A DNA stretch of 64,000 nucleotides from the NCBI GenBank assembly GCA_024137785.1, contig JAHRHZ010000145.1:5632752-5696751 (forward strand). Reading direction: 5' to 3'. This stretch comes from Ginglymostoma cirratum. Taxonomy: Eukaryota. The position numbers and the translations under genes were made by a program. Shown piece by piece: positions 1 through 14,269 of the stretch; positions within the stretch are counted from its first letter, which is position 1; the number at the start of each line of letters is the position of its first letter. Under the pieces are notes generated by a model. It was given only the letters and a program-made list of their open reading frames with translations, had not been told where the DNA came from and searched no databases.

Positions 1-218
1 GAGGAGCAGGAAAGCTGACGTTTCAAGACTAGACCCTTCTTCAGAAAATGTTTGATGTTCAGAAACATTTTCTGAACATCAGACATTTTCTGAAGAAGGG
101 TCTAGGTCCAAAACGTCAGCTTTCCTGGTCCTCTGATGCCGCTTGGCCTGCTGTGTTCATCCAGCTCTACACCTTGTTATCTCAGATTCTCCAGCATCTG
201 CAGTTCCTACTATCTCTG
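1..218. mobile_element. Penelope-like pLTR fragments as an inverted pair (hairpin 1-133), cut by the window edge
   Basis: 1-65 is a near-perfect reverse complement of 69-133 (loop CAT); family tail ...ctccagcatctgcagttcctactatctctg; hammerhead-like cores at 17-44(-) and 90-117(+). Confidence 0.8.
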
Positions 219-338
219 AAACAACTCATTAGGTAAACAGTTTTCCCCATTCTAACATCAAGACATGCCAATGAAAATTAAATTCTTTATTTGTTTTCCG
301 TTTTATGTGATCAATCCATTTGCCTGTTCTGATTACAG

Positions 339-446
339 GCCTGTGAGAAAGTTGGCATACAGATCCCTCGGTTTTGTTACCATGACAGATTGTCTGTTGC
401 TGGGAATTGTCGAATGTGCCTGGTGGAAATCGAAAAAGCTCCTAAG
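339..446 (+). CDS. NDUFS1: NDUFS1 coding exon (human exon 4 equivalent); upstream exons lie outside the window
   Basis: cag|GCC...AAG|gtaata; 108 nt; [36 protein letters not shown] with N1b 2Fe-2S ligands. Confidence 0.97.
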
Positions 447-1117
447 GTAATAAGAGTGTTAGCGCTTTATGATGGATTCTCAATTGGGTGAATATGCTGG
501 ACGAGATGGGCAATGGAAAGTGATGGGTAGGGAAATAAATTCCATTGTCATAAAATTGAATACTTCAGTAAGAGGATTTTTGTGCCTGGACAGCAATGAT
601 TTTCCCACAGGAAAAGAGTAGTGAGTCAACTGAGAAATAGAGTGCAATCAGCATTGTACAAGGCCATTCAACATCTCCCACTGCAGTGACTCTATTTTTG
701 GTCTTTTTATTCCTTCCTACCTCTCATGCCTGAACACTTTCTTTACTTTCCAACGCTTAAAATGCAGAATTGTCCCCTCTGTTGATAATGTGCTGTTGGA
801 GGTGGGGCACTGCATTCTTTTGACCGAGAAAAGAGTATCAATTTAAAACATGTTCATATTCCTGAAAAGTAAAAGTTAGTTGTAATTTCTGAAATAAATT
901 AACTTTCAAAACAGGTCAACAACAAGACCCCTTTCTTAAAAATGGATTAAATAAAAAATACTACAGGTTTTGAATCTCCCTCATCAAAACCATAGATATT
1001 GAAGAGGCACCTATGAATATTTATATTATGTCCATATGAGTTACTTTCTGATTTAACATATTGCTATTATTTTGATAATTTAGGTGAGTGCCAATTAGGT
1101 TTGCTTTTCTTTTTTAG

Positions 1118-1194
1118 CCTGTAGCTGCCTGTGCTATGCCTGTGATGAAAGGGTGGAATATTCTTACCAACTCAGAGAAAAGCAAGAAAGCCAG
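1118..1194 (+). CDS. NDUFS1: NDUFS1 exon 5
   Basis: tttag|CCT...AG|gtatag; 77 nt; [26 protein letters not shown]. Confidence 0.97.
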
Positions 1195-1724
1195 GTATAG
1201 TATGTTACCAGCAAAAATGAAAATTGCTGGAGAAACTCAACAGGTCTGACAGCATCTGTGGAGAATCCAGTCCAGTTACCATCTTCCTTTGTGCAAGAAT
1301 GTCGCCAGGCAGCAGGCAGTTTAGGATTGTTGTTTTGAGGTTAGCGCTTAATGAGCGGAGCAAAGACATGGTGGCTAAATTTGTACCTGATACCAAGGCT
1401 CGTTAGAAAGCATGTGATGAAGAAAACAAATAGTCTGATTTGAGTGGGCAAGAGTCTGGCAAATGGAGAAATGTGGGAAAATATGAAGTTGTTCATTTTG
1501 GCACCAAAGTGAAATAGGAAAATATTACTTTAAAGGAGAATGACTGGAATTCCAAGATGCAGAAAAGCTTAGATGTTCTTGGTAAAGGTAAAGTTGCCAT
1601 ATTTTTGCCAGACCACATGGATGTGTTTTAACGTGAGTCATCACGCCTCAGGTGAGGAGAGAGGTTGAGAAGGAGAATCTTTCATGGTAGCCTCAGCTGG
1701 TATTTGAATTGAACACATGCTGTT

Positions 1725-3500
1725 CTTAAGTATATTAATAGTAAAAAATTAGTGAAGGATAGAGTGGGTCCTATAAGGAACAAGCGGGGTAAGCTGCTCA
1801 CAGAAACAAGGGACATGCCAGAGGCACTAAATGAATATTTTGCTTCTAGGACCTAGTCAGAAACTTGTGTGGAACAACTGAAAAGTATAGTGATAGTTAA
1901 AGAAGAAGTGCTAAAAAGGCTGGCAGCGGTCCACGTAGAGAAGTCGCCAGGCCCAGATGGAATGCCTCCTAGATCGGTGAGAGAGTTAAAGGAGAAAATT
2001 ACACAGCCCTTGACACCGTTTCCAAGCCTCTCCAGAACACAGCATTGGTCCTCAGGGGGCTGGAGGATTGCAAATGTGACACCATTTAAGAAATGGGCAA
2101 AGGATGACGTGGAAAACTACAGACCTGTCAGCTTGAGAGATGATAAGAACTGCAGATGCTGGAGCCAGAGACAACACAGTGTGCAGCTGGAGGAACACAG
2201 CAGACCAGGCAGCACCGGAAGAGCAGGAAAGTTGACGTGTCAGGTCGGACCCCTTCTTCAGCTTGACGTCAGTAGTGGAAGAGAATGGTACTGTGGGCGT
2301 TGTATATTTGGACTTTCAGAAATCGTTTGATAAGATGCCACATAGCATATTGGTTAGCAAATTAGAAATGCTTACGATTGTGTCCTTGGCAGCATGGATT
2401 AGAAATTGGCTAAAAGATTGGAAACAGGGTAGGTATAGATGGGCATTTCTCAGATTAGAGATGATTTGAAAGTGATGTTTCCCAGAGATCAGTGTTGGGA
2501 CTCTTACTTCTTCTGATTTTATGTAAACGATTTGGAGATGGGTTTTGAGGGAAAAATTTCTAAATTTGCAGTTGGTTTTAAACTAAGGAGAATCATGAAT
2601 TATGAAGATGATGCTGAGCAGCTTCAGAGAGACATTGACAAGTTGGCCAACTGGGAAGACAGCTAGCAAAAGTGAATTTTGATGTAGAGAAGTGTGAGAA
2701 TGTATTTTTGTGGAAGAAACACGGAGACAATACTTGCTCAATGCTACAGCTTTGATAGGAGTACAGGAGCAGAGGGACCTCATAGTTTACGTGCATGATT
2801 CTCTAAAGTTGGCCAGACAAGTTAAAACTGTGAGTAAGAAGGCTGAGAGGATCCTTTGGTTTATAAATTGAGATATAGAGTACAAAAGCAAGAAACTGAT
2901 GCTACCTCTCTAAAAATCATTGGTCAGACCATATTTGGAGTATTGTGTTCAGTTCTGGGTAGCTTGTTTAAGGCAGGATGTTAAGGAAGGAGTTCAAAGG
3001 AGATTTGCTAGAATTATACCAGGAATGAAGAATTTTCAACACAAGGACAGATTAGAGAGATTGGGCTTACTCCCCTTGTGCAGCGAAGATTAAAAGGTGG
3101 ATTTATTGAGGATTGGGTTAATTCTGCTTGGAGCAGAGAAGATCAAGGAGTGACCTTATTGAGGTGTTCAAAATTATGAGCAGTTTTGACAGGGTGAAGA
3201 AGGATATTCTGTTTCCACTATTTGGTATGTCAGTAACGGGGGATCACAATTTCAAAACTGTTGGCGAGACAGCTAGGAGTGAGATGATGAGGAACTTATT
3301 TGGAATGTGCTGCCTGGGAGAGTGATCGCAAATTCCAAAAAGTTTCAAAAGAGAGCTGGATAAAAATTTGAAAGTCACGAAGTTAGAAGCTTCAGAGAAA
3401 AGGCTGGAGAGTGGTACTCGCTGGGTCGCTCTTTCAGGGGCTGGTACAGATATGATGGGTTGAATGGCCTCATTCTGTACTTTAAAATTCTATGAATCTC
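1725..3500 (+). mobile_element. Degenerate CR1 LINE ORF2 (RT) and 3' end, interrupted by a Penelope-derived insert
   Basis: KSPGPDG, WRIANVTP, NYRPVSL/TSVV, VYLDFQKSFDKMPH motifs with stops and frameshifts; CR1-type tail gaatggcctc...attctatga. Confidence 0.9.
2137..2257 (-). mobile_element. Penelope-derived short insert nested in CR1 RT
   Basis: Flanked by duplicated tcagcttga (2128-2136, 2258-2266); splits YRPVSL|TSVV. Confidence 0.85.
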
Positions 3501-3589
3501 TATTGATGATCACTCTGCATCAAAAACCAACCACCTGAGCTAACTGACTCCCCACTCTGGGCTAACCATGCCTTTTTCTACTCCAGTTC

Positions 3590-4150
3590 AGAGAGTGAGA
3601 GGCTGACTTGATTGAAATGTATAAGTTGTGGAATGATCTTGACATTGCGGAATAAAATGAAACAAAGAATGGATGTTGGAGTTCTGAAACAAATGACAAC
3701 AGAAATTGCTGGACTCAAAATGTTGACTCTGTTTTCTCTGCACAGATACTGCCAGACCTGCTGAGCTTCTCCAGCAATTTCTGCTTTTGTTTTTTGACAT
3801 GGTGGATATGGAAAGAATGTATGCGCTTGTGGGTCAGTCCAGAACTAGGCGACACCATTATAAGAATTAAGGGAGACACTTTTTGGTTCAAGATAAATTT
3901 TTCACAGTGGGTTATGCGATGGTGGGACATTGTGCCCCAGCAGGTGGTAGAGACAGGGTGATTAAATGTTTTAAGAGAGACGCAGATTGATTCTTAGTAG
4001 GCAGGGAAATCAAATATTATTGGGGGCAGATGGGAATTTGGAATTTGAAATGAAGACTGGTCATACGGGATCTTAATGGATGGCACAGCTGGCCTGGGCT
4101 GGGGGAGGATGCGAATGATCAACTTCTCCTCCTATTTGCTATGTTAGTAT
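3590..4150 (+). mobile_element. CR1 3' fragment containing a second-family Penelope remnant (~3700-3795)
   Basis: CR1-like 3' ORF2 and UTR sequence; inner piece ccagacctgctgagcttctccagcaatttctg. Confidence 0.6.
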
Positions 4151-5418
4151 TATCGTCAGTTGGTGGAAATATTAATTGGGTTTATTGTTGATAGCAATTT
4201 GGATCAATGTTTAGAAGTTTGGCAGGATCTTTCCTTTGATGAGGGGATCAAGAAGTCGGAGGCACTGTTTCAAAAATAAAAGGTCTCTCCTTAATGACAG
4301 AAATGAGGTGGAATATTCCCCAGTCTCTGTATCTGTACCCTCACCACATGTAACATACAGCCTATACTCTCCACCACTATTTTCTCAGTTTGTGTCCATC
4401 TGTGCTACATTTCAGTGCTAGCGAGTCGGATGTGGATAAGGGGCAGGAGTCATTTTTTATGCTTAGTGGTGAGGTTTAGGGGTTAGCAGGTTAGGAGATA
4501 TGGTTACGCTCATTGATTAAGATTAGGATTTCGGGTTAGCGATCGTGGTTGTATACATGGGTTAAGGCTAAGTCTTAGTGTTCAGAGTTAAAGGTTAATG
4601 GTTATTCTTAAGATAAGGATAGAATTAAGGATGCAAAACTGAGAAAATGGAGTATGTGGTGGAGTGAATGTAGATTGGATATTTCTCCTGGCTGTAGAGT
4701 CCAGAACCTTGGGGCAAATAATTTCTGAATAAGGTGTAAGCAGATGTAGAGGAATTTCTTCATGCAGAGACTGGTGAATCTTTGGAACCATTTATCCCAG
4801 AGGGCTGCTGAAGCCCATGTCACACAGTATATTCAAGCCATAAATTGATAGATTTCTGGAAACTAATGACATCAAGGGATACAGAGATAGCATGGAAAAG
4901 TGGTTTTGAGGCAGATGATCAGCCCCATTTAATAGCAGAGTACGTTTGATGGCTTGAATGGCAGACTCCCATTCTTATATATAAAAGCTCTTTGCAGATT
5001 ACTATGTGTATATGCGTTTAAAATGAACTGAAAGCACTATTTTCTGTACTGCTCAATTGCAACCTGTACCAGTTATTAATGAAGGAAATTGTTAAACTGA
5101 TATTTTTGATATAACCTGCCAAGTTTAGTGAAGAATTGAGAAGCTCTTGTGGCAGGGGGAAGGGACAGGGCAAATAACTTGCATGAAGGAGAAAGACTGT
5201 GGGAATGCTCTCCAATAGACTGCAATGTCAGGTTTTTGGATTGGATTGAGCAGTATTGGTAAAATACATGCAGTGTACCCAGGAGACCTACCAAGTTCCA
5301 CTGATGCACTGTGTCTTCGTGGGCATCGACTATTCAGTGTACAACAAAAATTGTGCTTCACTATCCTGTGTATAATTGTATCTAACTATTGGGCTTCATT
5401 TTTGCTTTGCCTTAACAG

Positions 5419-5500
5419 GGAAGGTGTGATGGAGTTTCTGCTGGCTAATCACCCATTGGATTGTCCCATCTGCGATCAAGGAGGGGAATGTGATCTCCAG
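5419..5500 (+). CDS. NDUFS1: NDUFS1 exon 6
   Basis: cag|G...CAG|gtatca; 82 nt; [27 protein letters not shown] (N5 HxxxCxxCxxxxxC motif). Confidence 0.97.
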
Positions 5501-7949
5501 GTATCACTGCTATTGATAGTAGTGAATGTAAAAAGACTTTGCTTCCGTGAGTGAAGATATAACAGGATGAAGGTGTTATAATTCTGGTAGCTTCTATCAG
5601 TTTTACTTGTGTTCCATGCCTATAAATGAGCTTCATTCTCCTATAAACTGTAGCATATCTGGCAGTGCCATACTGCCTAGGTATCAGACCAAAGCGGTTT
5701 TACTGAAAGATATTCGCTGCTAAACTCTTTTGTTACCATGCTACTTTGAACAAACCCTGTGGACAGTGAGACTCGTGCTATGAATCAAGTTTATTAAGAC
5801 TAAGATGAAATGGGAGCAGAAAATTAATACAGGTGAACTTGTAAGTTGGCCCTCCTGAATAACAAAGTGGAGTACTTCACAGCCAATAATATTGAATCCT
5901 AGGTAACTTCATTTATAAGCCACATAATGAAGATTTCGACTGTGGGTTCTTCAGGTGCTCACTTAAACACGAACTGCAATGTAATGTGCAGGATGAAGAT
6001 CTGATACAGGCTGACGTGGAAGTTATTTCCCTTCCTCAAAGTCGATGGCTAGTGGCCTAGGAATTGTCTGCTACCTTAGAACACATTTGATGGCAAGTCA
6101 CCACCTTTAAAGTGATAACAGTTAACTTTGTTCAGATAAAAGTTTACACCACCTGTTTGCTTTCTGAGATCGTCTCCCAACCCTGTGTAGTATATTCAGA
6201 ATATGGTTTAAGTTCCAAAAACAAAGAAATTACACCCAACGACATATACTCTGAAGCTTCCATTGAATGTTTGTGCTGAGGAATGGAGGTTCCCCTGTTT
6301 TGTGGCAATCGTGTTAATTTATCTATTGTTGATGGGATGCGTGCAATAATGTTCACAGTCATCAGGTATGCATCTGATTTAAATGAATTATACCAGTTTC
6401 AAAACTGTCAAATCATGATTGATTACATTCCCATGGGAAAAGAAGATAAAGGGAGAGGGTTGCAGCTGATTAAAGGATTTGAGATGGTAAGATATGTTCT
6501 GTTCTGATGGCAACATCCAGAAGAACTTGGGGTACAACCTTAACATTGGAGCTGGGTCATTCAGGCATGGTATCAGAAGGTGCTTCTTCATACAAACAGG
6601 GATGGAATTCTGGAACTCTCCCTCCAGAAAAGTGCTTGAGGTTGTGTGGCATTTGAATGTTTGAAACCGAAAATAAGTTGCGTTTTGTTGAGTAGGGATG
6701 ATACAACCAAGGTGTCTGTATATGGAGTTAGTGTACAACTCTGCTATTAGCTAACTAGGTAGTGTAATTGGCTTGAGGGGCTCAATATTGCTCCAAGCAG
6801 CAATTGAAAGAAGAGCTTCAGGATGCAGGGGAAAGGTGCAGAGCGTTTGAAGAGAAGAGCTGAAGCACGAGGGAAAGAGGAAAAAGAGAGTCAAAAATTC
6901 ATACTGAGTGAAATTGTAAAATCTTTGTATGAATACCATAGATAAATGTTGTTTCTATAATGAAACTAATGAAGAATGACAAGACAAAGGTATAGGCCAA
7001 GGAACACCTGGAGAGTTCACAGAATCACAGAATTGTTGTCATGGAGAAAGAGGCCATTCAGCCCATCATATTTGCACTTGCTCACCAACTGAGCATGACA
7101 ATTTAATGCCATTCTGTTGTCTTTTCTCTGTAATCCTGCACATTGATTCTATTCAAAAACAATCACGTCATACCATTTTGAATATCTCAATTGAACCTTC
7201 ATTCACCACACTTTTAGGCAGTGCCTTCCAAATCCTAACTTTTCTCTGTGTGAAAAAGGATTTTTTTCTTGCATCATATTTGCTTCTTGTACAATTTACT
7301 TGATATCTGTTCCCTCTCATTCTTGATTCTTTTTATGAGCAAAATGTTCCTCATTGAGTTGTTAGGTAAAGCCTAGGTTTACTAAAGGTTCAATGAAATT
7401 AATTTTAAGAATATTAAAATTGGCTCTACTGAAGATGAATCTGTCAGAATTCTGTTTGGCGCCCTTTAGGGTAAAATGAGTTTCAAGTGAGTGATCCAGA
7501 TAGTTTGATAAGTTATAAGATTAATATTCAGTCACTTTACATTTGTAAGTCACATGGTTGCATATTGTAGTGCTTCAGAGGTCATATATCTACATATTTA
7601 TTAAAAGCTTTATGTTTGCATGATTTCCTGTCAACTCTTATTATTTGTTCTGTAAACTTGTCATGCTATAATTACAATTATCCCCCAGTGGAGGTCCTGT
7701 ACTTACATTTTCTGCCTACCTAAGCTTGTTATAATTGTGCGAAATGGGAAACCCAAGCAGCGCAGACAGCAACTGCATGCAGTTGTGGTATATTTCATTA
7801 GATATTTTCTCCCTCAGACTCTGTATGATATAGCCAGCCATTCTTATTTACTGTCTGCATGTCTGTCACTTGATGACTGTTTGTTTGTTTGTTTGTTTGT
7901 TTGCCGTTCCAATTTTATGCTTACTGTGTAATAATTGTAATTGATGTAG

Positions 7950-8081
<132 letters not shown>

Positions 8082-8269
8082 TAACTGTCCAAATCTACTG
8101 TGTTTGTTAAAACAGTTATTTGAGTTCTTCCAGTAACCTAGTTGATGAATTCCCAGTCTGCCTTGACAAGCATTCATACAGACAAGTTCTATAAAAGTGT
8201 CGCTGATGTCACCTGTGGAAAGAATTGCATCCCCGAGGTATGGGCTGTGGCTCATAGGGAAGTATGTAC

Positions 8270-8640
8270 TCCTCTGAAGTCCCACTGTATATACGTGAAT
8301 AAAAAAGTCTCTGCTGACATACCAACATAGTACTGAGAGGATGCTGCATTGAGGAACGTGAAATGCAATATTAAACTGAAGGCCCATCTACCCTTTGAGG
8401 TGGACATAAGAGATTCTGTGGCATTCTTTTGAAGAAGACCAAGAAAATGTCCTGAACAATATCAATCCCTCAACTAGCATCATTAAAATAATTTGGTTAT
8501 TTTCTCTTTGCTGATTGAGGGAACATACTACGCACAATTTCACTCCCTCACTTCTCAGATTCCAACTAAATATTTGGGCTTTAAACTATTTTGGAACATC
8601 TTGGGATTGTGAAAGACACAGGTGATTATCAGTTCTTTCT
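8270..8640 (+). mobile_element. Deu-domain SINE (SacSINE1/AmnSINE-like), decayed
   Basis: Core aggtggacataagagattctgtggcattcttttgaagaaga...gtcctgaacaatat..ccctcaac. Related copies at ~11880-12240, 19850-20160(-), 23520-23930(-), 32060-32400, 43840-44270(-), 44960-45280, 55960-56290, 57290-57480(-), 59270-59590(-). Confidence 0.7.
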
Positions 8641-8973
8641 TTTACAAAATATTGTGCATTTCCGCCCCAGAGAGGGGATAAAAATCATCAAAGAATACAA
8701 GTTGTTTTTCTTCACCTATCAGTTGGATTTTGTAATCTTGGGACTCATTCCTGCACAATAGCAGAAGAAAATAGAGTAATTTTGCCTCCACAAACAACAC
8801 CTTAACTTTTGACATTGCATGCCTTTACACTTTGTTATGGTACAGCTGTAAATGACAAAACATGTACTCGGCAATTTATTGCATTTGAAACCCCTCATTT
8901 GGGGAAAATGGGGTAGTGGGAGAGAGGGAGGCCTGGTGGGAAGGCAGGGGTGTGGTTTCTCTATTCCTAATAA

Positions 8974-9402
<429 letters not shown>

Positions 9403-9659
9403 TGAGGTGCACTGCACCACGGGTTAAGAGCACATACATGGCAAAGAACGTGGGACAAAAAGCACACTTTGCAGCCCTTTAAGCCAGTCCTACCATTCAG
9501 TCAGATCATAATTGATCTGCCCCTCGATTCCATTTAGCTGCCTTCGTTCCATCTTCCTTCAAATCCTTGCCAGATAAAAAAAATCACCTTCTCCTTTTAT
9601 AGTGCCCTTTGGACCATGACCCTACCATGAACCAACAAGTGCTTGTTTCCAGAACAATC

Positions 9660-10621
9660 ACTAACCTCTCTCCTCCAGTGGATAGCTCATATTTCTTGAG
9701 TAATTTGTCAGCGGTCTGTGTTCTTATTTCACCCCAGACCTTGACAACCAATTCACACAGGGTTGTCAACATCTGAGCCTGATGCTGCCTCCTGTGATGA
9801 ATGTCTTCTCTTCTCCAATCATCCAGTCCTGTCACTTCTAACTGATGCTATCCTTGAAAGGCCTGTTTCAAGAGGCATCCCAGATAAGATATTTTTCTGT
9901 ATGTAATCCTGTTTGAAAATTCCATACTTTTTCCTCTGCCACGTGTTCAAGCCGCATACACCCATCTGCACCAAGATGAAGATCATTTGTCTTGAGAATT
10001 GCTGTTTGGGAGTATTTTCTCTTGAATATCACAGTTGGCTTAAGCTCTGTACCATAACAGCTCATTGCTGAATCCAATATTTTCTTAGTTGTCTTCATTA
10101 TCACCAATTTCACGACAACTTTGCTCACCATTTGACTGGAGAGATGTCAAAATTTACACAAGTAATACAGGTCAATCTGATCCATTCTTCTGTTGATGTT
10201 TGATTACAACCTGCTGTAATGCAATAAATATGTCATCGGGCTCAGCTGAGAAACCATGCAAAATCTTGATGTGACACAGTGCAATATTGTTTACCTTCAT
10301 CATGAACTTGGTGCAATGTCCAGGTTTGCATTTGAAGTCTGCGTTGCCTAAGTTTTTTTTGCTTATTTTGGGGCGAAGATTCAGGTTGATCTGTAAGAAA
10401 CTGAGAGCTCATTCTGGGGATTTTCATTGATATATTTTGCAATTTTGTCTTCCAACTATGGTACAAATGACTGCATGCACGTTCGAAAGCAGCTACATCA
10501 GCTATGTAGAGAATGTCCTCCAATCTCTAAAATTCTTCTTCAATACCTTGAATTCTCTAGCTCTTGTACAATTATTTGTCTGCTCTTCAATCTAAATTCC
10601 TTTTGAGTTTGATCTAGCCAT
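9660..10621 (-). pseudogene. Decayed pogo/Tigger-superfamily (POGK-like) transposase: Brinker DBD, CENP-B HTH, DDE_1
   Basis: Minus-strand remnants in the expected order: EEQTNNCTRAREFKVLKKNFRDWR; P*LEDKIAKYINENPQN; ADFKCKPGHCTKFM; GTELKPTVIFKRK...EKVW...YLIWDAS; LCELVVKVWGEI...KKYELS; many stops and frameshifts. Confidence 0.75.
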
Positions 10622-11113
10622 GTGTAGCTAGTCACCATGCTGCCAAATTCATGTGCAGGATTGACAGGAATGCATTGGGTGCCAACAAGGTTATAACTTT
10701 GACTTGTTGACATGTGCAGCTAGGATGTGCTGAAATGGTGTGCTATTCAATAATTCAGTCAATACATGGGCCTGCACCAGGACAAGTTTTATTTCGATGG
10801 TGAGCATTTGGTAAATTTTTGGAGCTTGAATCTTGGCCAAATGTTAGGAGTCAGTTTTTTCACAAGGTCAACCATTGCTCGAGTATATATTCAAAGAAAT
10901 AGTAGCTTTGAAATTGTCATTTAGGTGGCTATTCCCAGCAGCCTCAACAAGTTTTTGTGGGGAGTTTCAGATTTCCATCACACTTTACACAATGAATTAC
11001 TTCCTTGAATCATCGTCATTACTCTTGAATGGCCTAACTCCAAGGTCATCACCTTTTGTTTTAGACTCTGCAACCAGAGCAAATACTTTCTGCCTTTTAA
11101 ACATCTCATGAAG

Positions 11114-11204
11114 GTTTTCTGAAGAACGGTCCCGACCCAAAATGTCAACTTTGTTGCTCCTCTGATGCTGCCTGACCTGCTGTGCTCCTCTAGCTCCACA
11201 CCGT
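11114..11204 (+). mobile_element. Penelope-derived short insert with 12-bp TSD, inside a minus-strand CR1 remnant
   Basis: catctcatgaag at 11102-11113 and 11205-11216; degenerate core ctgaagaacggtcccgacccaaaatgtc. Confidence 0.85.
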
Positions 11205-11545
11205 CATCTCATGAAGATTGCCTCTTTAACTTCCTAAACTCAAGGGGATACAAGTATAGTCTGTGAAACCTGTCCTCATAATTTAACTGTTTTGAACTGT
11301 ATATCATTCTCAGGGTTTAAAATTTCACCTTCATGCATCAGCATTATACTGCCACCTAAAGTAACTGGAGAGATCTAAAGAGATTTTACTACCGAAGTTC
11401 ATGCCAAAGATATTTATAATCTAAACACTACGTAAGTTTTTTGTGATGTGCTGTGTTCTGGGATTCTGCTCAAGTATAAAGAGGTTTGATGAGTGTAATG
11501 CTCAAATCATGTCACAATTCCTCAACTTCTGCCAATTAAATTTAA

Positions 11546-11719
<174 letters not shown>

Positions 11720-13108
11720 TGAAGGATTTTAACATGACAGTGTGTTTTGTAAAAGTACTGCACTCAAAATCCTCCAGCTCTCTAATAATTTGGTATGATT
11801 TACAAAATGTCAAAAGTGAGGCGGAAGAGAAATTTCACTCCTTTCATGTAAGAAGCCATGACCCAGTTGAAACATTTTATTTTGGAGTCAGAAGGTTGTA
11901 GATCCAGGTGCCTGTTCAGAGACATCGGCACAAAATCTTACCTGATGCTTAAACATAGTACTAAGGGGCCTGTACTGTCAGCGTTGCCATTTTTCAAGTG
12001 ACACATGAAACAAAGATCTCACTTCGGGCAAATGTAAAAGATTTTGTGGTTTATTTCCAAAGGAGAGTTCTCCCCAGTGTCTTAATCATTGTTCTGTCAA
12101 CTGCATCTAAAAACAGATAAGCTGGCAACTTCTGCATTGTTCTTTGTGGGAGTTTGATGGGTGCAAATTGACTGTAATGCTTCCTAATTTTATCATATCT
12201 AAATTTCAAAGTAACTCATTGGCTGTTAAGGTCTTTCTAGCCCAAGAGGAAGAATACAGCATATACCTTGCTGTTGAGATTACAGTCAATTCGTTCAAAG
12301 AGAATTCCATTCACTATCCTGCTCACTTAGTCTTTCCTGTTGTCCCTGCATTTGTCATTTGAAATATTTACCCTGTTTCCTTTTGAAAAGTACTTTGAAT
12401 CTTTATCTACAATCTTGCCAGGGGAATTCCAGATCCTGACCATTCATTATGCAATGGTTTTTCCTCACATTGTCTTTTTAGTTCTTTTCTATACATCACT
12501 AGGTTCACGCACTGGAAATTGAGCCCCTTTGTTCTCAAAGTGATCACAAAGGTTGTTTAAAAAAATGCAGAATTCCCCAATTAGCCTGTCCTTTAGATCT
12601 AGGTTGTTAGAAACACAGACCATTTTTCTGTACTTCACGGGTTACTATATTTCAAATAAATACACTGTAAGGACGGAGAAAGAATTAGGAACTGTAACTA
12701 GTCAAAGCTCTAACCCACTTAAACTTTCCATTTACGCACACAGACAGACATGGACATTACAGTTTAATGGTTTTACACACAGCAATTAAACCTTTTGCAG
12801 ACAATGCACAACTTGAATCCCTCATCCTTGGAACCTCATGGCTCAATGAACAGGATACAGATATTGACAGAATGCAAGAGAATTAGTTCAGTGCACTGAT
12901 ATGGTCTTTAACGTAGAAAGTTTACTATTCCAGACAGGAAATATAATGTAAATACACAGGAAAGATATCATGAAACACACCATGTGCAGCAAGCCTTTGT
13001 GCTTCTGCTTCTCTGAAATACTGATATGAATTTTTGAGGGGAATTTGTTGATTGTATTGATTTCAAAAGTGGGTGTGTGTTTTTTTAATCACTTATTTTG
13101 CTCTGCAG

Positions 13109-13223
13109 GTTTGCATATGACGGCCTTAAGCGTCAGCGCTTAATTGTTCCCATGGTTAGGGGTTCGAAGGGGCAGCTGGTGTCCGCATCCTGGGAGGAGG
13201 CGCTAACACAGATTGCTGAAGTG
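13109..13223 (+). CDS. NDUFS1: NDUFS1 exon 10
   Basis: cag|G...GTG|gtaaga; 115 nt; FAYDGLKRQRLIVPMVRGSKGQLVSASWEEALTQIAEV. Confidence 0.96.
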
Positions 13224-14123
13224 GTAAGAAACTGCCCTAAGTTGCAATGAGCTGAACATATTCAGCAAACATTGTGGGCTCGAAGATAGAGGTCAACCTT
13301 ATGTGACAGGACACATCTACTCATTAATCCAACATAATATCTGTTTATTATCCTTGGAAAGCAAAATCCTCTCTTGGCTCATCCCTTCTTAGCTCTTTAA
13401 AGTGCTGTAGCCCCACTGTTCCCTTTCCTCGTATGGAGATTAGTGGATGGTCAGAACCTAGACATTTTCCATGACACCCACAACATAGGGCTGGCTGCTA
13501 AGGATGGTGGGCACCTGTCTAGGGTGCCATGTTCAAGTGTCACCAAATGTGTGGCTGCTGGACATATGCTGTGTTTCGGCTGTTCTGCTGCTCCCCCACT
13601 GGTGTGCTGCTTTCTTTGGGTGAGGGGTGAAGAATTTTCCTTTTGGCTGTATGAGACTAAAGCTAATCTTAACTGAATGCAAGATTTAAAAATTAAGAGT
13701 TAAGTAAATATTTAAATGATTTAAAATTGCTGCAAGTTTTGGTAGAGGAGATGGGGAGAAACTGCTGTCACTGCCAGGAGAATTAGTTATCCGGGGGCTT
13801 AGATAATTGGTAAAAGGGCCAAAGGAAAAGGTGAGGCCTTTTTCCTTTATGCAGTGAGTTGATCGCATCATGAATGCACTGCCTGTAGGGTGATGGTAAC
13901 GGAACTACTTGTAACATTCAAAGGGAATTTGAGAGACTGTACAAGGCAAAATCACTATGTTATCAGGCAAGAGCAGGGAAGAGGTACTGATTTGATAGTT
14001 CTTTCAAACATGTGACACAAGTGGGACATGACAAATGGCTCCTGTGCTGTTATGTTGCTATGAAATCCAAGATAATTTCCTCCTTCCTAGCCCTCACCAT
14101 TAACATTAATATTGTGGCTACAG

Positions 14124-14269
14124 TTGCAGGGAGTACAGGATAACGGTGTGGCCGCCATTGCTGGAGGAATGGCTGACGCTGAGGCTCTTGTGGCCCTGAA
14201 GGACATGATCAACAGGTTAAACAGTGAAGGATTGTGCACGGAGGAGATCTTCCCAATGGATGGAGCTGG
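14124..14269 (+). CDS. NDUFS1: NDUFS1 exon 11
   Basis: cag|TTG...GG|gtaaga; 146 nt; [49 protein letters not shown]. Confidence 0.95.

Noticed and set aside
1869-2469. RT-like ORFs as an active retroelement or host gene
   Set aside because: Fragmented CR1 ORF2 with stops, deletions and a nested insertion
12520-12830. Solo LTR (also ~15300-15560)
   Set aside because: LTR-like composition, but I could not fix TG...CA ends or a TSD
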